DNA of 64,000 bases from Callorhinchus milii (Eukaryota): the NCBI RefSeq assembly GCF_018977255.1, contig NW_024704742.1:58406001-58470000 (forward strand). Reading direction: 5' to 3'. Both the position numbers and the translations under genes were made by a program. The notes under the pieces were generated by a model. It was not told where the DNA came from. It saw nothing but the letters and a program-made list of their open reading frames with translations, and ran no database searches. Positions 36,549 through 49,964 of the stretch are shown here, one piece after another. Positions within the stretch are counted from its first letter, which is position 1, and each line of letters opens with the position of its first letter.

Positions 36549-38399
36549 ACAGTGTGTGTGTGTGTGCTACATTTGATATGTGTGGTGTACAAGATCCCAT
36601 TTGTAACTGCGTCCTGCAAACGGTGGCAAAATCCTGAGGTGGGGAAGCCTTGGTCCTTTCACCAAAGTGGAGTGCGCAGAGACAACCCACTGCCACAAGG
36701 GCAGTGGGTTGTCTGTCAGTGGGTTGTTATTCTGTAACAGAATAATAACATGTTGCGACTTCCTTTCTGTAACAGGTTCGATACTGTCTGAGACAAATAA
36801 ATATATATAATTTGATTTAAAAAAATCCCTGAAATGACTTCCTGCAGGTGGGGTTTCAGAGGTATTCACTCAATCCTTGGTTACACTTTACCTTTTGTGG
36901 TGAAACAACGCCAAAATTGTCATTTACAGACACTGCATTAAAAGAGCCCTGAGTCTTGATTTGTACCAAGCTTCTAGTTGTTTATGTGTAATAAAATAAT
37001 CGATTGACTGATCACTTTCTGGGGGTAATAATCCCTTCAAATATAAATAAACAAACAAAGAAACATAAATAAATAAACAAACGAGCACAAAACAAATAAA
37101 CAAATACAAATTTGGTCACTCAATCCACGACTGTTTGTGGGACACAGCTGAGTGCAATTGGCTGTCGCATTTTGCCCACAAAATATACAGTCAATTCACT
37201 TTGCAGTATATTCTGTGACGTGCTTTGAGACGTATCAACGAGATGATAAGGCATTAGAACAAATGCAAGGATTATTTTATCCTTTTTGTTTTTATAATTC
37301 CTGGTAGCTTCTCTTTACAACTTTTAAGAAGGCAAAGATTGATTGATAGAGAAGCCATTCACCTGGTACAAGGTATAATTTTTTCTGTGTAAGGAAAGGT
37401 TATAATTCGTAAGTACATCATTCACAGCTTATGATTTATGTTATGGTATAACCATAGAAAATAATGTTTGGATATGGAGAAGCACATTCTCTGGAGAATT
37501 GTAGTGCCTTTGATTGACTGTTAAATCAATGCAGTATACGCTCTCTAGTAAGACCTAACCAACCCTCAGTTCACACCAGATGCATTTGATGCATCTCCAA
37601 TGTTAACATCAAGTTAGCTAAGCCTTTGTCTACTTTTGCTAAGAATTCAGTTTCAGTGTCAATTGATGGAAAATTCCAAAGTGCTTTGGAGCTTACTCTA
37701 ATTTGGTGCTCTCACTACATGCAGGAAACAACTCTCAAGAGGTGTGTTTGAATACATTCAGAGTGGTTAAGCAGACCGCAACCCTTTAGATAAAACAAAG
37801 TTTATTTTGTGGAATCCTGTATCAGAATGTGCCTCTTAATAACCCTTCCACTTGAAATGCTTAGTTTAAGATTCATAAATATGCCAAGTTATATTGAACC
37901 AATTATATGTGCCTTGAGAGAGAACTCCATCATTATTATTTTTTTTAATGGAATCTGCGCACATTATTGCAATCTTGCTCTTATTTCATATGCTCTTCTC
38001 ATTACTGAGTACCTTACAATGCACGGAAGTTAAATGATTTATGCCCAGAGGACAATTGTAGCTTGTTACCAGACTGGCTTATGCTGACGTGTTGTAGAGT
38101 AAGCAAACATGTATAAGGCTTTTCTTGTTCTATCTTACAGCCATTAATTTAAAGCATCTGAGGTGAGGCCTCAACATTGAAATTTCTCAATCTTAGGATA
38201 AAGACTACTGTCTTAAAATGTAAGATTATCCAGGAAAATTTAGAAGATTCTGACATTCAGCCTTAATTTGGAAGTTGGTCTCTGGAACTCTGGTGTGTGT
38301 GAGGGATAAAGCCAAGTGCTGTGAAAACCATGTTATCACATTGTATAGAGCAATCTGCACAGCACGGATCTGTTAAACACCAAGCTGTTGTAACGTATA

Positions 38400-39600
38400 A
38401 TCTGTTTAAATATTTTTATTTGGTGATCTTGACTGGGAGTCTTTGAAGAGTTTAAGAGTTGGATCTCCAGGAATGTATTTTTTAAGGATAAAGAGGAGGG
38501 GAAAGTATGAGCATTCCAAATGTGGATGTCTCTAGTACAGGTACAGTTTGGGGTTAGGATTTTTGATATGTAGGCCTCATGTACAGATGCTGAGTCATTT
38601 GATTAATGCATTCTGAAGCCCAATGTCTTTCATGCAAGTGAGGTGATTGAATGTTTTTTGTTGTCATGTTAGGGATGCTGTGTCAACCCTGGATTTTATT
38701 CACTGCAGGTAACCAAAACAATGCAGAATACGGAGGAGGCATTGGGTAATTGGACATCGTCTTTTCAATGCCTCTCACTGATGGAAGCCTGGATGGGCCT
38801 CTGTGGATCACAATGGACTCAGTTTGTGCTAGTATGATTCTAGTATAATTTTGGCCAGAATGTTTATGATTGTGAATTTAGAAGGGAGATTAATCTCTAG
38901 AAAGCATTGTCCAATGATTCTTTGCCTTTCTTGAGGATCAGTGAGATGCTTTCAATCTTCTACGTGCTCTGTGTGGTGCTAATGTCAATGCATGGTTGTG
39001 TGTGACATGCAGCATTGGTTTAGCTTCTTGTAAGACTCCAACGGTTGCTTGTTCAGGCTGCTGAGGGCAGGGACACTATCATTTTGGATACGTCTTCTTG
39101 AAAGATGGAGGAGTTGAGTCATCACTCCTCTCATTTAGGTAAGTGAAAGTTTAGCCAGATTGTGTTCACATGCGCTCAGGTTAATGTATTGAATTCTTGC
39201 AAAGTATACAATTACAAAGGGTCTTAACAAATTCCCTTTAATTCTGTTTTGGTATCAGAGGTAACCAAGGCAAAATGAACAGTGTATTTGTTCTGAATGC
39301 TCCTACCAGGCTGTTAATTGCATAGGGCAGAGGGCCTGTCTTGCCAACCGGCTTGTGCACAAGGCAGATCAACAGCTCAGCTTTGGTCATGAAGAGGGAG
39401 TTCAGTTCTTCCCTGGCTTGTTCCTCTTTTGTTGTAACAGTTTCACTGCAGGTTTGTACGGTTCTGTGATACTCTTCCAGTGTCTGTGAGAGTCTGGAAA
39501 TTGAATGTGCTCTCCTTTGTACACCAATGAATGATTTCCTGACATCTATTGAGGTCTCTCTAATCCTAGAGATCAAATTGAACTGCTCAGTTACTGTTCA
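38400..39600 (-). mobile_element. Highly decayed non-LTR retrotransposon RT region, possibly R4/Dong-like
   Basis: Ordered remnants on the minus strand: GKTGP, LIPK, RP, D.KK..SL, RGI.....LL.FCI-like, NHL..M.DI; many frameshifts. Confidence 0.4.
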
Positions 39601-39905
39601 TGTTGCAAATAAAGCTTTTCACTATAAGTGCCATGTGAATTGACTTCTGCTTCCTCTGGCACTGCTGTCTTCTACATATCTATTGCCATCTACAAGTAAA
39701 TTTGTGGGCAAACTTGCATTTGTATTGTGCCTTATCAGATTGAAATATCTCAAATGGCTTTACAGCAATTCTTGTCAAGTAGTGTTTGGGTTTGTATATA
39801 AATGTAATAATAAATAAACCTACAACGAGCCTTCCATTTAATATACTGTATCACCTTTCGTGTCAAGAGGATGTCTCAAAGTGCTTCACAGGAAAATAAT
39901 ATTAA

Positions 39906-40090
39906 ATAATAAATCCTTACATTTGATATAGCGCTTTTCACGTCTTTGAGACGTCTCAAAGCACTTCACAGAATATACTGTAAAGTGAATTGACTGTATA
40001 TTTGTGTGCGAAACTCGGCAGCCAATTGCGCACAGCAGTGTCCCACAAACAGTCATGGATTGAAAATGAACAATTTATTATTGTTTTTGT
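39906..40090 (-). mobile_element. SINE 3' half
   Basis: Reverse complement of the Deu-like segment and stem-loop tail. Confidence 0.8.
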
Positions 40091-40294
40091 TTCTTCAGGA
40101 TTCACTGTAAAGCAAAGTGACTGTATATTTTCCAGGCGTACGCCTACAGTGTACAAATGTAAATTAAGGGTTCTATATAAATGTAAATTAAAGGCTCTAT
40201 ATACATATGTATTGTATATTGTACATATAAAGGTCCCACAAACACAAAACATCTGTTTCATTCACCACATTGGGGCCTAGATAAATTATTGTAT

Positions 40295-40708
40295 TGTCGA
40301 ACCCAGGATGTAGTCACTATAGCTAGGATTAAACGACCACTCACAAACAGAGTTAGCTCAGAAATATAGTTTATTCAAATACTTGCAGCAAGGAGAGGGA
40401 AAGCGAGAGGCAATACAATAGCACGTCTCTCAGAAGAGTCGGTACTCTCCCTCTACCAATGGGGCAGTCCCATTAGTTTATATACATGATTATTTACAAT
40501 CACCTCATGCTTAACTGGTGTCTCAAACAATTCTTGCTGTTGGTTGACAAGCATTCAATCATCACAAGTTTGATTATACATTTGCAGACAGTACAAGGAC
40601 ACTGGTTCTGCTCTAATTATCTACAGCTGTTGCTCAAAAACAACTCTAATCTTATCATTGTCGAGACACTCTGTACTTTACGTGCTTTAGTCCTTTTACA
40701 TTCCCACA
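40295..40708 (-). mobile_element. Probable solo LTR
   Basis: On the minus strand it starts TGTGGGAA and ends TCGACA, with TATATAAA (40477-40484) then AATAAA (40370-40375) in U3-R-U5 order; flanks GTAT/CTAT match at 3 of 4 positions. Confidence 0.55.
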
Positions 40709-42007
40709 CTATCTCTAAATAACACACAAGTAAACATAGCTTTGAAATAGAAATCAGTGAATGCCCAATTCCTGCTGCTGGCTAAATAATAGAAATAAAA
40801 AAAACCTCACACTTTATAGCGCCTTATGAGATAAAAACTTGGTTATTTCAGAAAGGTCCCTCCAATAACCATGCACAATGTTTTTCTGGAGGACTGTTGG
40901 CCAAGACACTGGCAGAAACTCCTTTCAAATTTAAAATTCAAATTTTCATGTGAACTTTAACATCTACCTGAACAACAGTCAAATGGGACCTCAGTTTAGT
41001 TTCTCATCCAAAGGACTGCACCTGTGACAATGAGGCTCTCCCCCAGTACTGTACTTCACTAAAGTGTCATCACAGAGCTCTGACCTGACGTGGGGCTTGT
41101 ATCCATTACATTCTGACCCAGAAGTGAGCGTGCTACAAACTGAATCAAGCTTACAGGTATTGCATACCACATGTGTAAAGATGGCCCATCAGGTATGTAC
41201 ATTCTATGTAGCATGGAGCATGAGCATGATGGAAATCCTATGTTGAACTTGCACAGCACTTAGCTAAGTGGATAGTCAGTAAGGGAGAGCAGTTGTGACA
41301 ATTCATATTCAGCCTCTGATGGCATTCACTTTTGCTCCACCCTTCATCCACTACAGGCACAGCATCAATTTCTCACTTGTGTGTAAAACTTCGAAGGAGA
41401 GGATTAATATTTGAAATAAAAATGTCTCACCCCTATTTCATTGCTTCACCACAATAATATTTAGTAATTAGCCAATCGTTGGTATAAGATATGTCATTGT
41501 TAACATGTGATAATCAAAAAAAGTACATTTCTAGCTTTTAATGATTGTTAAAACAGTCAAAAGTGTGTTCCCATTTTTTTATCAGCATTGCCAGCGGTGC
41601 AAATTTATTCATCCAGAAGTGATCAATCTAAACTTGTTTTACAAAACCACTTAGTCATTACAGTGAGGAGATCTACATGCCATTTGTCTGGCCTAGATTG
41701 GAATCTATTGTGGTAACACCAGTTGCTGAATAATCCTTTGCTGTAGTTCATTTATATAATAAATGAATTCTGCTATCAGTCTGGCTCAATTGGTAGTGCT
41801 CATACCTCCGAGTTAGAATTCACTGCCACGTCGCCTACACAATAGTCACTATACCTCACAGTAAATGTCCAGTAAAGCTCTTTGAGATGTTTGATGACGC
41901 AACAGACTATACCAAATGCAAGGATTATTATTATATTATTATAAATACACCTGGATTTGAGAAGCATATACTGGAAATTCAATGCTGGAAGGAAAGTTAA
42001 ATACAAA

Positions 42008-42295
42008 ATAATAATAACAACAAGATTACATGTGTATAGTGCCTTTCACATCAGGAGAATGTCCTAAGGCTTATGTCCTAAGAGTACAGCATTTCAGACC
42101 TGAGCTGGGTTTGGTGGGGGAAGGGCGGGGAGGGGAAAGGGAGTAGCCGATAGCATGGACGAAGAGGACGGTCTTGAGGCGGGACTTGAAGGAGGCTAAG
42201 GAGGGGACGAGGCGGATTGACTGGGGGATGGAATTCCACAGGTTGGGGGCAGAGTGGCTGAAGGCTCTCCTGCCAATGATGAGGCGGGTGGGGTA
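42008..42295 (-). mobile_element. L2 3' fragment
   Basis: (AAC)n start, reverse-complemented tail and GC-rich ORF2-end/3'UTR like the other L2 copies. Confidence 0.75.
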
Positions 42296-45200
42296 ATAAG
42301 GGATTAAATATGAAACAATATTGCTGAAGTTTAATTTCTTAACTTATTTCTTGAGAAACATGCGATGGTTGAATTTTACATAGAATTACATAGAACAGTG
42401 CAGGGCGGAACATGGTCGTTCAGTCCAACTGGAGTGTGCTGGTGTTTATACTCCACGTAAGCCTCCACCCCTCCTATCTCCTCTCTCTATTTCCTTCTCC
42501 CTCATGTATGCATCAAGTTTCCTCTGAAATATGTTGATGATTTCTGTTTCCAGCAATGAACTCCACATTCTCACCAACCACTGTGTAAAGAGGTTCCTCC
42601 TACACACCCTTTAAGAACTCCCAACTCAAGACCCTCCTCTTCGACTGTGCCTTCGGTCACTTTCCTACTCCTACCCTCCTTGCCCCCCATCCCTCCTGAT
42701 CGCAATCCCCAGCTCAAGTCCAAATCCTTGATTGTCTAGCGCCTTGGGATGTCCTCCAAATGTGAAGGATGCGATACAAATGCAATTTGTTGTTGTCGTT
42801 GATGGTGGCTAGCTGAAATTTATCCCAAGTTTTGGACTCACCACCAAACTAAAACAGATGATTAATGTCGGAAATGGCCTTTGAACATTCATAACAAATT
42901 TCGTAAACATCGAATATGCTGAAGAATGCATTATTATTATGTTTCTAAAACAGAATTCCTTAACACGTTAGACATTCATTATCTACACATTTCTAATTAA
43001 GAAATTGGTTAAAAAAACTACAATTTTGTATCCAATATGCTTCAGAACCTAAAAATCCTTCTGTCCCTTTCCCAGGAAAAGAGACACCAGTCCTTAACTT
43101 TAGAAAGTTGGTCACCCCTCCCCACCCCCCGCTATCATGTATAGGTTTAACTTGTGGTTGGAAAATAAAAAACTCGGGAAGAAATCATGATTGCCTTGAG
43201 CGTTAAGGCACTATTTCAAAACTCTGAGTCTCCTGGTATATCCATAGAGTTGGAAATTAGGTTAATTAACTGAATCTATCGTGATGTGTCAGAAACCACC
43301 TTTAAAATTCTCCTTATATCGAGTTATCTAAAGGTACTGGGTACATGTCGTCTTGTTCCTAATGAGATGGATGATCAGTTGCTGTTGTAAATGTAACTGC
43401 TACACATCTCCCTGCACTGTAAGAGGTAAGCTGAGATGCAGAAACAGGTATCTTTGTGCATTCGCCAACACTCAAATGAGCCACCTGGGGCTCATCACCC
43501 CAGAAGAGTTGTGAAAATTCTTAAACACGACACATGCTTAATCCCTTGTGTGTTACTTAAGTAGCACATAGTCTGAAGTATCTATAAAAACTAGCAGATC
43601 TGCTATTCTCAAATGGATTTACATAAATACGTTGGTGCAGATTTGGCTATCGATTCTTTGTGCAGCCTAATGTGAGATACAAACATCAGTTAAATACATT
43701 GCACTTGGAAAGAAAACAATTACATGTACAGTTCATATTATCCCACTCATCTGTAGGTGGCCAACATCTGCCATATTGTTAGAAAAAGCTATTGGTCACA
43801 ATAGTACTTATGTTTTTTCTTCTCGATTGGCAGAGAGGCACTTCAAATATACATCAACCTGAAACCCACTTTCCTCTCTCCATAGATGGTGCCTGACTTG
43901 CCGAGTGTTCCCAACAACTTCTGTTTTTATTTCAGATTTCCAGCATCTGCAGTATTTTGTCTTCTATGAATACTGATGTGTTTGTGAGTGAGCTCCAGCA
44001 ACACTAATTGAAATTTTGTGACAAACCCAAAGTTTTGAAATTCAGTCAAATTTGTGTGTTTGGCAAATGCATTATTAAGGTCATTGGAAATTGAGTTCAG
44101 TGCTCATTGCTAGTACACCTCTTGTCATAAGTAAAAGCTTACTTCTTCTCAATCTCTTGCAGACAACAGGATTCCACGAAAATAGTATTGCTTTAAACCT
44201 CCTCTATGAGGTACAGAAGATTACATTTATGGACCTGAAATCCAATGTCAATCTATAGAGATTGCTTGGATTGAAAATCCAGTATCAGTCATTGCACCAC
44301 AGGCCAATTAAACCACTGGTATCTGCACATAGTTTATTTTGGTACAATGCGTTTCCCATTGGAGGTGAATGCAGGTTAGGAATAAAATGGGAACTGACGT
44401 AGGGAAAAGATACAGAATATTTGTTGAGATTTAAGTGTTGGTCCCTGACTCTCTAAGCAATTTAAACCACATTGTGGAGATTAAAAACTCCAAATGCTGC
44501 AAATGAGCATCTAAATGTTACAGACATGTTTTTTTGTTTGTATAGCCAAGACCACCCTCGCCATTAGAGCTTCGGTTTGCAGGGTTAACAGGAGCCAAAT
44601 GGGAAAAAACCCTGGCCCCAATGACCAGACATCTGCTCCACCAATTGTTGTTGATCAGCTTGACTGACTGGTCTGTCATCAGCAGTACCTTGGAGTACTG
44701 TAAACCCACCTGACTTAGGAACTGGACTATTGAGACTGCCCAGCATGTTATGTTGGAACCAGTTAGACCCAGCTATGAGAGGCATGAAGGGCGCTATATA
44801 AATGCAAGTTGTTGTTGTAGCTTTATTGCGATAGATAGATACTCATTGGTCATTTGACATCTAACAAGCACAGGTTTGAGCCCTCACTAGCGGGATAGCT
44901 GGTACCAGGAATTCCATGACAGCCTGTTGGTGATCAGCACTTCAGCATGAAATGGATGAGAGCATTGCCACCATCCTCCAGTTCACAACTCCAATACACC
45001 CCGAACCAATCACCAGTTAGAAGTTCGAAGCTTGAGCAGCAACCTCTTTCCTCCCTACACACCAATCAAGCAAGCCCGAGAATCCTGGATATATGAGCAT
45101 GTGTTCACAAACTTGTACATGAGGTAACAAGTCAGCTTGAGGGATAGATAGACAGAGGGACCTTTATAGAATAGAGCATTAGGCATGACTGGCATCTATT

Positions 45201-48066
45201 TTAGAGAGATAAAGGGTGGGACTAAAAATATTAACCTATTTTTCTTTTACTTTTTTTCTTCGATTGACTTGTTCTGTATTTCTCAAACCGTCTGGTTTTA
45301 ATTAACGTGTTAACTTGACATGGAACGAAAAAGAAGACAGCTTGAATGTATATAAATGGACTCATAAGGCAATAAATGACTTGAAATAAGTGACTGTGTA
45401 GATAAAACCCAGATTTACAACTGCAGCTTCACTGCAGCATAATGCACATTTTTATATGGATTTTTAAATTAACACTGCAGGATTGTCGATCCAAATACAC
45501 TTATGTTCTGTTTTAAATTGTATCAGAGGAAGAACTGAAACGCACTGGGGAGATTTACTGGGTTGGAACTTCGATGCGTTCAACCAAAATGTGATTGGTT
45601 CATTTACAAGCCTGGCCGATACCAAATCAACTTCTTCATCCTAAAACTGGATTAAAGAGCAAGAAACACAACCTCCATAGCAAAACAGCAGATGTTTATT
45701 TCTTACTTGCTGTAATTGGGTTTCACTTTGTACATGGAAGCCTTGCATCTGTTATAAGGAAAGGTACAGAGATGAGGTTTGGAAATAAACTACAAATTAA
45801 ATTGATTTGCCAAGTATTTATTTATAAGCCCTTAGTGTTTGCTACAATTTCTCTCAAATGTAACAAAATAACCATATGTTACACATTTATATCTGTTTTG
45901 CTAATGTTTATGGAAAAGTCTGTTAAATGCAAACAACTGTATTCAGTCAGTAATTTAATGTCGCATTAACAAACCCCCCCCAAAAAACCTAATTCCTACA
46001 ATGAATTATTAACCAGGCCGTAGCTGAAATTGCTGTCAGTATGTGTATTTCCACACTGCAGCTGTCAGCAAGATGAATAGTAGGGCTCAGCCCGGCACTT
46101 GGAAACTGCAATTTCAGATATTTTATTTTTGTAATGAAACTACGAATGTAAAACTGCTAAAATATGACAATTCCCTAAGCAACACACAATGCTCTCCCAC
46201 TCTAATACTCTGATGAAACTGACAATCTAAGAGCAGTTTATTTTCTTTACACAAGTAACATAAAGCACGTTTAGGACAAGCTGTCACAATGCTAAATTTG
46301 TGTGGCTTGTTTGAAGGAGGTGACTCTTTGGTTGAGTTTTTTTATTTCTCTCTTGCCAATACCCCCAAAATACACCCAACAAAATACACAGTCAATTCAC
46401 TTTACAATATACAGTATTCTCTGAAGCACTTTAAGACATCTAAACGACCTGATAAGGACGCTATATCAAATGCAAGGATTATTTTTATATATATAATTGA
46501 ACTTTTTTTAATGAAGTTTCACTGGCTCCACTAATAAGTTACTCCTGCAAATTACAAATAAGATAATAATCCTTGCATTTCATGTCATTGAGAAGCCATC
46601 TCAAAGTGGTTCAAAAGATTTTGCTGTGAAGTGTAGTGACTATTTTGTAGGCGAACACAGCAGCCAATTTGCACATAGCAATGGAATTGCCGGAGAATTT
46701 ATTTTAGGAAAAGGGTGAAATAGGATATTGGCACAGCTAAGTGGTGGGACAAGCAAAGGATTTTTGAAAAGGGACTGGATATGTGCCTGTTAACTGAAGG
46801 ATTAGTGTTATTACATAGAATAATATTGCATGGAAACAGGTCATTGAGCCCAACTAGTCCTTGTTGGTATTTGTACTCCACAAAAGCCCAATCCCTGCTA
46901 TTCCTCTCTCCCGTACACCTCTATTCCCTTCTCCCTCATGTATGAATCAAGTCTTCTCTCAATGATGCTTTTTGCTGCAACCATATTTGCAACATTCTGC
47001 GTGAAAAAATTCCTCCTAAACTTTAGGTCTGCTAGATTTATTAGATTTAGAGAGATAAATTGAAGGAATGCTGTGGGAAATTGGATGATTGAGCTGGAGG
47101 GAATGATGGTTTGCTTTTGTTACTGTGTTGCTGTTTATAGTAAGATAGATATCTGTGTGTCAGTACCCATGGGCTCAGTCAACACGCCCTCTCAGTCAAA
47201 GAAAATATTGTAACATTTATTTTGAACTGAAATAGATATCAAAATAAATAAATGTTTCCTCCTCTTGCGAAGATTCCGGATAATACTGTGCTGCGAACCC
47301 AGAGACACCAGGCAGACTCTTGACATCTTGTTCCGTTAGCCAACCCTCATGCATGAAGCTCGTCGGTGAGGCTATTGAAGCTTAGGAGCATCACAGGAAA
47401 ACCTGATCCTATCCTTACACAACATCCAGACAATTTTTAGGGTGTGGAAGGCATTGTCAGAAGTGGCTACTGAAGCTGGATCAAATGGATTGGGAACTGG
47501 ATAAGCACTTGAGAGGTCAAAAACATTGAGGGATATGGAGAAACAGTGGGAATTGTGGGATTAATGAAATGTACAATTTAAAAACAAGTTAACAGTGCCA
47601 TAGCATTAACGGCCAAATGGTCACATCCTCCAGTTAAATTTCCTATGTTTCTATATAATTTCCGTCAAAGATCACTGGACATCAATCCAGAGAACTTCAG
47701 ATGAAGTTGTTCTCTTCTTTGGGTTGAAGATGCCAAGGCCATTCTTTACAACAACAACAAGATTCCATTTATAGAGTGCTTTACCACTGTTCTGGTTGAG
47801 AACAGATATCTTGGTATGGACCAGGATGTATTTCCTGCTCCTTATTGAGTTTTCAGAAGGATGTAAGAAAGAGACATTTATTTGAAACTAATGATAACTT
47901 CCAGATTAAAAGACTTTTTAGATTGCATTTTAAATCTAGACATACAACTTGATGTTGTAGATGATGCAATTGCAGCTACTAACCCAATAAGTTAGTTAAT
48001 AAGTAATAAGTTAATTATTGACTGGCTAGTTGGGGCTTGAATGAGAGTGACCTCAGCATCCTCATG

Positions 48067-48377
48067 TGGAGTCCTGTAACTCAGTGGTTAGAGCACTAGC
48101 CTTGCAAACGGGAGACCTGGGTTCAATTCCCGGCAGGGTGAAGCCGTGGGGCAGTTTCCTTACTCTACATGCCTGATAATAATCCCTCAAGAAAAAAAAT
48201 AACAATTTGGTCACTCAATCCACAACTGTTAGTGGGACACTGCTGTGCACAATTAGCTGCCGCATTTCGCCCACAAATATACAGTCAATTCACTTCACAG
48301 TATATTCTGTGAAGTGCTTTGAGACGTCTAGAAGATGTGAAAAGCACTTTATCAAATGCAAGGATTATTATTGTTAT
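48067..48377 (+). mobile_element. tRNA-Ala SINE, short subfamily, followed by an inverted tail (48397-48505)
   Basis: Full head, body and tail; a reverse-complement tail follows ~25 bp later. Confidence 0.88.
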
Positions 48378-49964
48378 ATGCAAACCACAACTTAATTAAT
48401 AATAATCCTTGCATTTGATATAGCACTTTATCACATCTTCGAGACGGCTCAAAGCGCATCACAGAATATACTGTAAGTGAATTGACTGTATATTCTGTGG
48501 GCAAATTCAAGGCACATCTCAAAAACTACCTCTTGATTGCACTTTCAGTTATCTTTCCACTTAGTACCCCCTTCGACTACCATCCCCAGCTTGGATGGGT
48601 ACCCATCCAGCAGTGTGAAATGGATTGAGACATCCTCCCGATGTGAAATACGCACTATAAATGTAAATTGTAATAGTTATGTTTGCTCTGTATTTGCAAA
48701 TGAGCAGAACCTGAACTTGCAGCTTTTCAAAACCGCTTGCTTATTTCACGCCTGCCAGCATAAATTGGGGAAAGTTGGAAGTGAAACGTAAAATCCAGCA
48801 TCATCCTTCAAACACAGATGTGTGGTGCCAGTACTGTGGATTCAGCTGGAACAAAACAACAGCAGTGAGCAGAGTATGACATTTAGAGGCAGCAGCATCT
48901 TAGCCAGTAAAAGTTTACCAGCCAATTGAACTGGGCCATCTGTAGTTGCTGGAAGTGCATTGCATAAAGTGAAGATTAGAATAAGAGGATGCCCTCAGGA
49001 ATTGATAGAAATGGATAATTATTATCTGTACTGATCTGTTGTTTCCTTTCATGAAGACTGTTTCAGCAGATGTCAGCAGGGCCCCCAGGGGTTTCACACC
49101 TTGTATTTGCACCAGTTGTGAAGGATTCGAAGGGGAGGAAATACATTTTGCCAGCAAAGCTGCTTTGAAATTAAAACACAGGTCCATTTAACAAGCACAA
49201 TGTGCACTGTTGTCCAAACAGGAAGCGTTTAGCTTCTGTCTTTAACCAAACTGATGTAAGGACAGAGAGGTACAGCAAAAGTTGGGGTCCTAATGTCCAG
49301 CCCAACCACTCTGGAGTATTAACTGATGCTCAGAGACAAGGAGCAGACGACAAATGGAAATTCAGTCTCCGTTGCACACTCATGCATCTCATTCACTGCA
49401 TTCTCTCACCTCATTCACTCCATTCTCTCACCTCCCTCCCTCACCCCTCTCCCTCCCTCACTCACCTCCCTTCCTCCCCCACCCAAACCCAACCACCCAC
49501 CAACCATGGCCACAAGGACACTAGCAGTGATCGCAGAGAGTGTGTGTCTAGCAGATTGGACAAGTACAGCAGTTGTTATGATAATAGTAATAACAATCCT
49601 TCCTGATACAGCACCTTTCAAGTCAGGAGGATGGCTCAAAGTAATTCACAGGATATAGTGCAAAGTGTATTGACTGTGGATTTTGTGGACAAACAAAACA
49701 CTCCCCAACACTACATTGGGTTGCCAGTCTGGACTATAGGAGTTCAAAATTCTGATGTGAGGATTGAACCTACAACCTTCCGACATAGAGGGCTAAGTTC
49801 TACCATTTGATCTGAGTTGTTTTCACAACAGAAAACATTTTGTGTCATAAGGTTAGATGATGCGAATGAGTTTTACATGTTCAGCAATGAAAAGACTGAC
49901 AGGAGGTTTAACAGGAAATATTCCCCAACCGAGTCAGCTTGATAAAGAAAGGATTCGGGTTTAA

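Noticed and set aside
43850..43955. Penelope-type repeat end with a hammerhead ribozyme
   Set aside because: It resembles a common shark repeat and has GAAAC, but the CTGANGA core is missing, so no ribozyme can be claimed.
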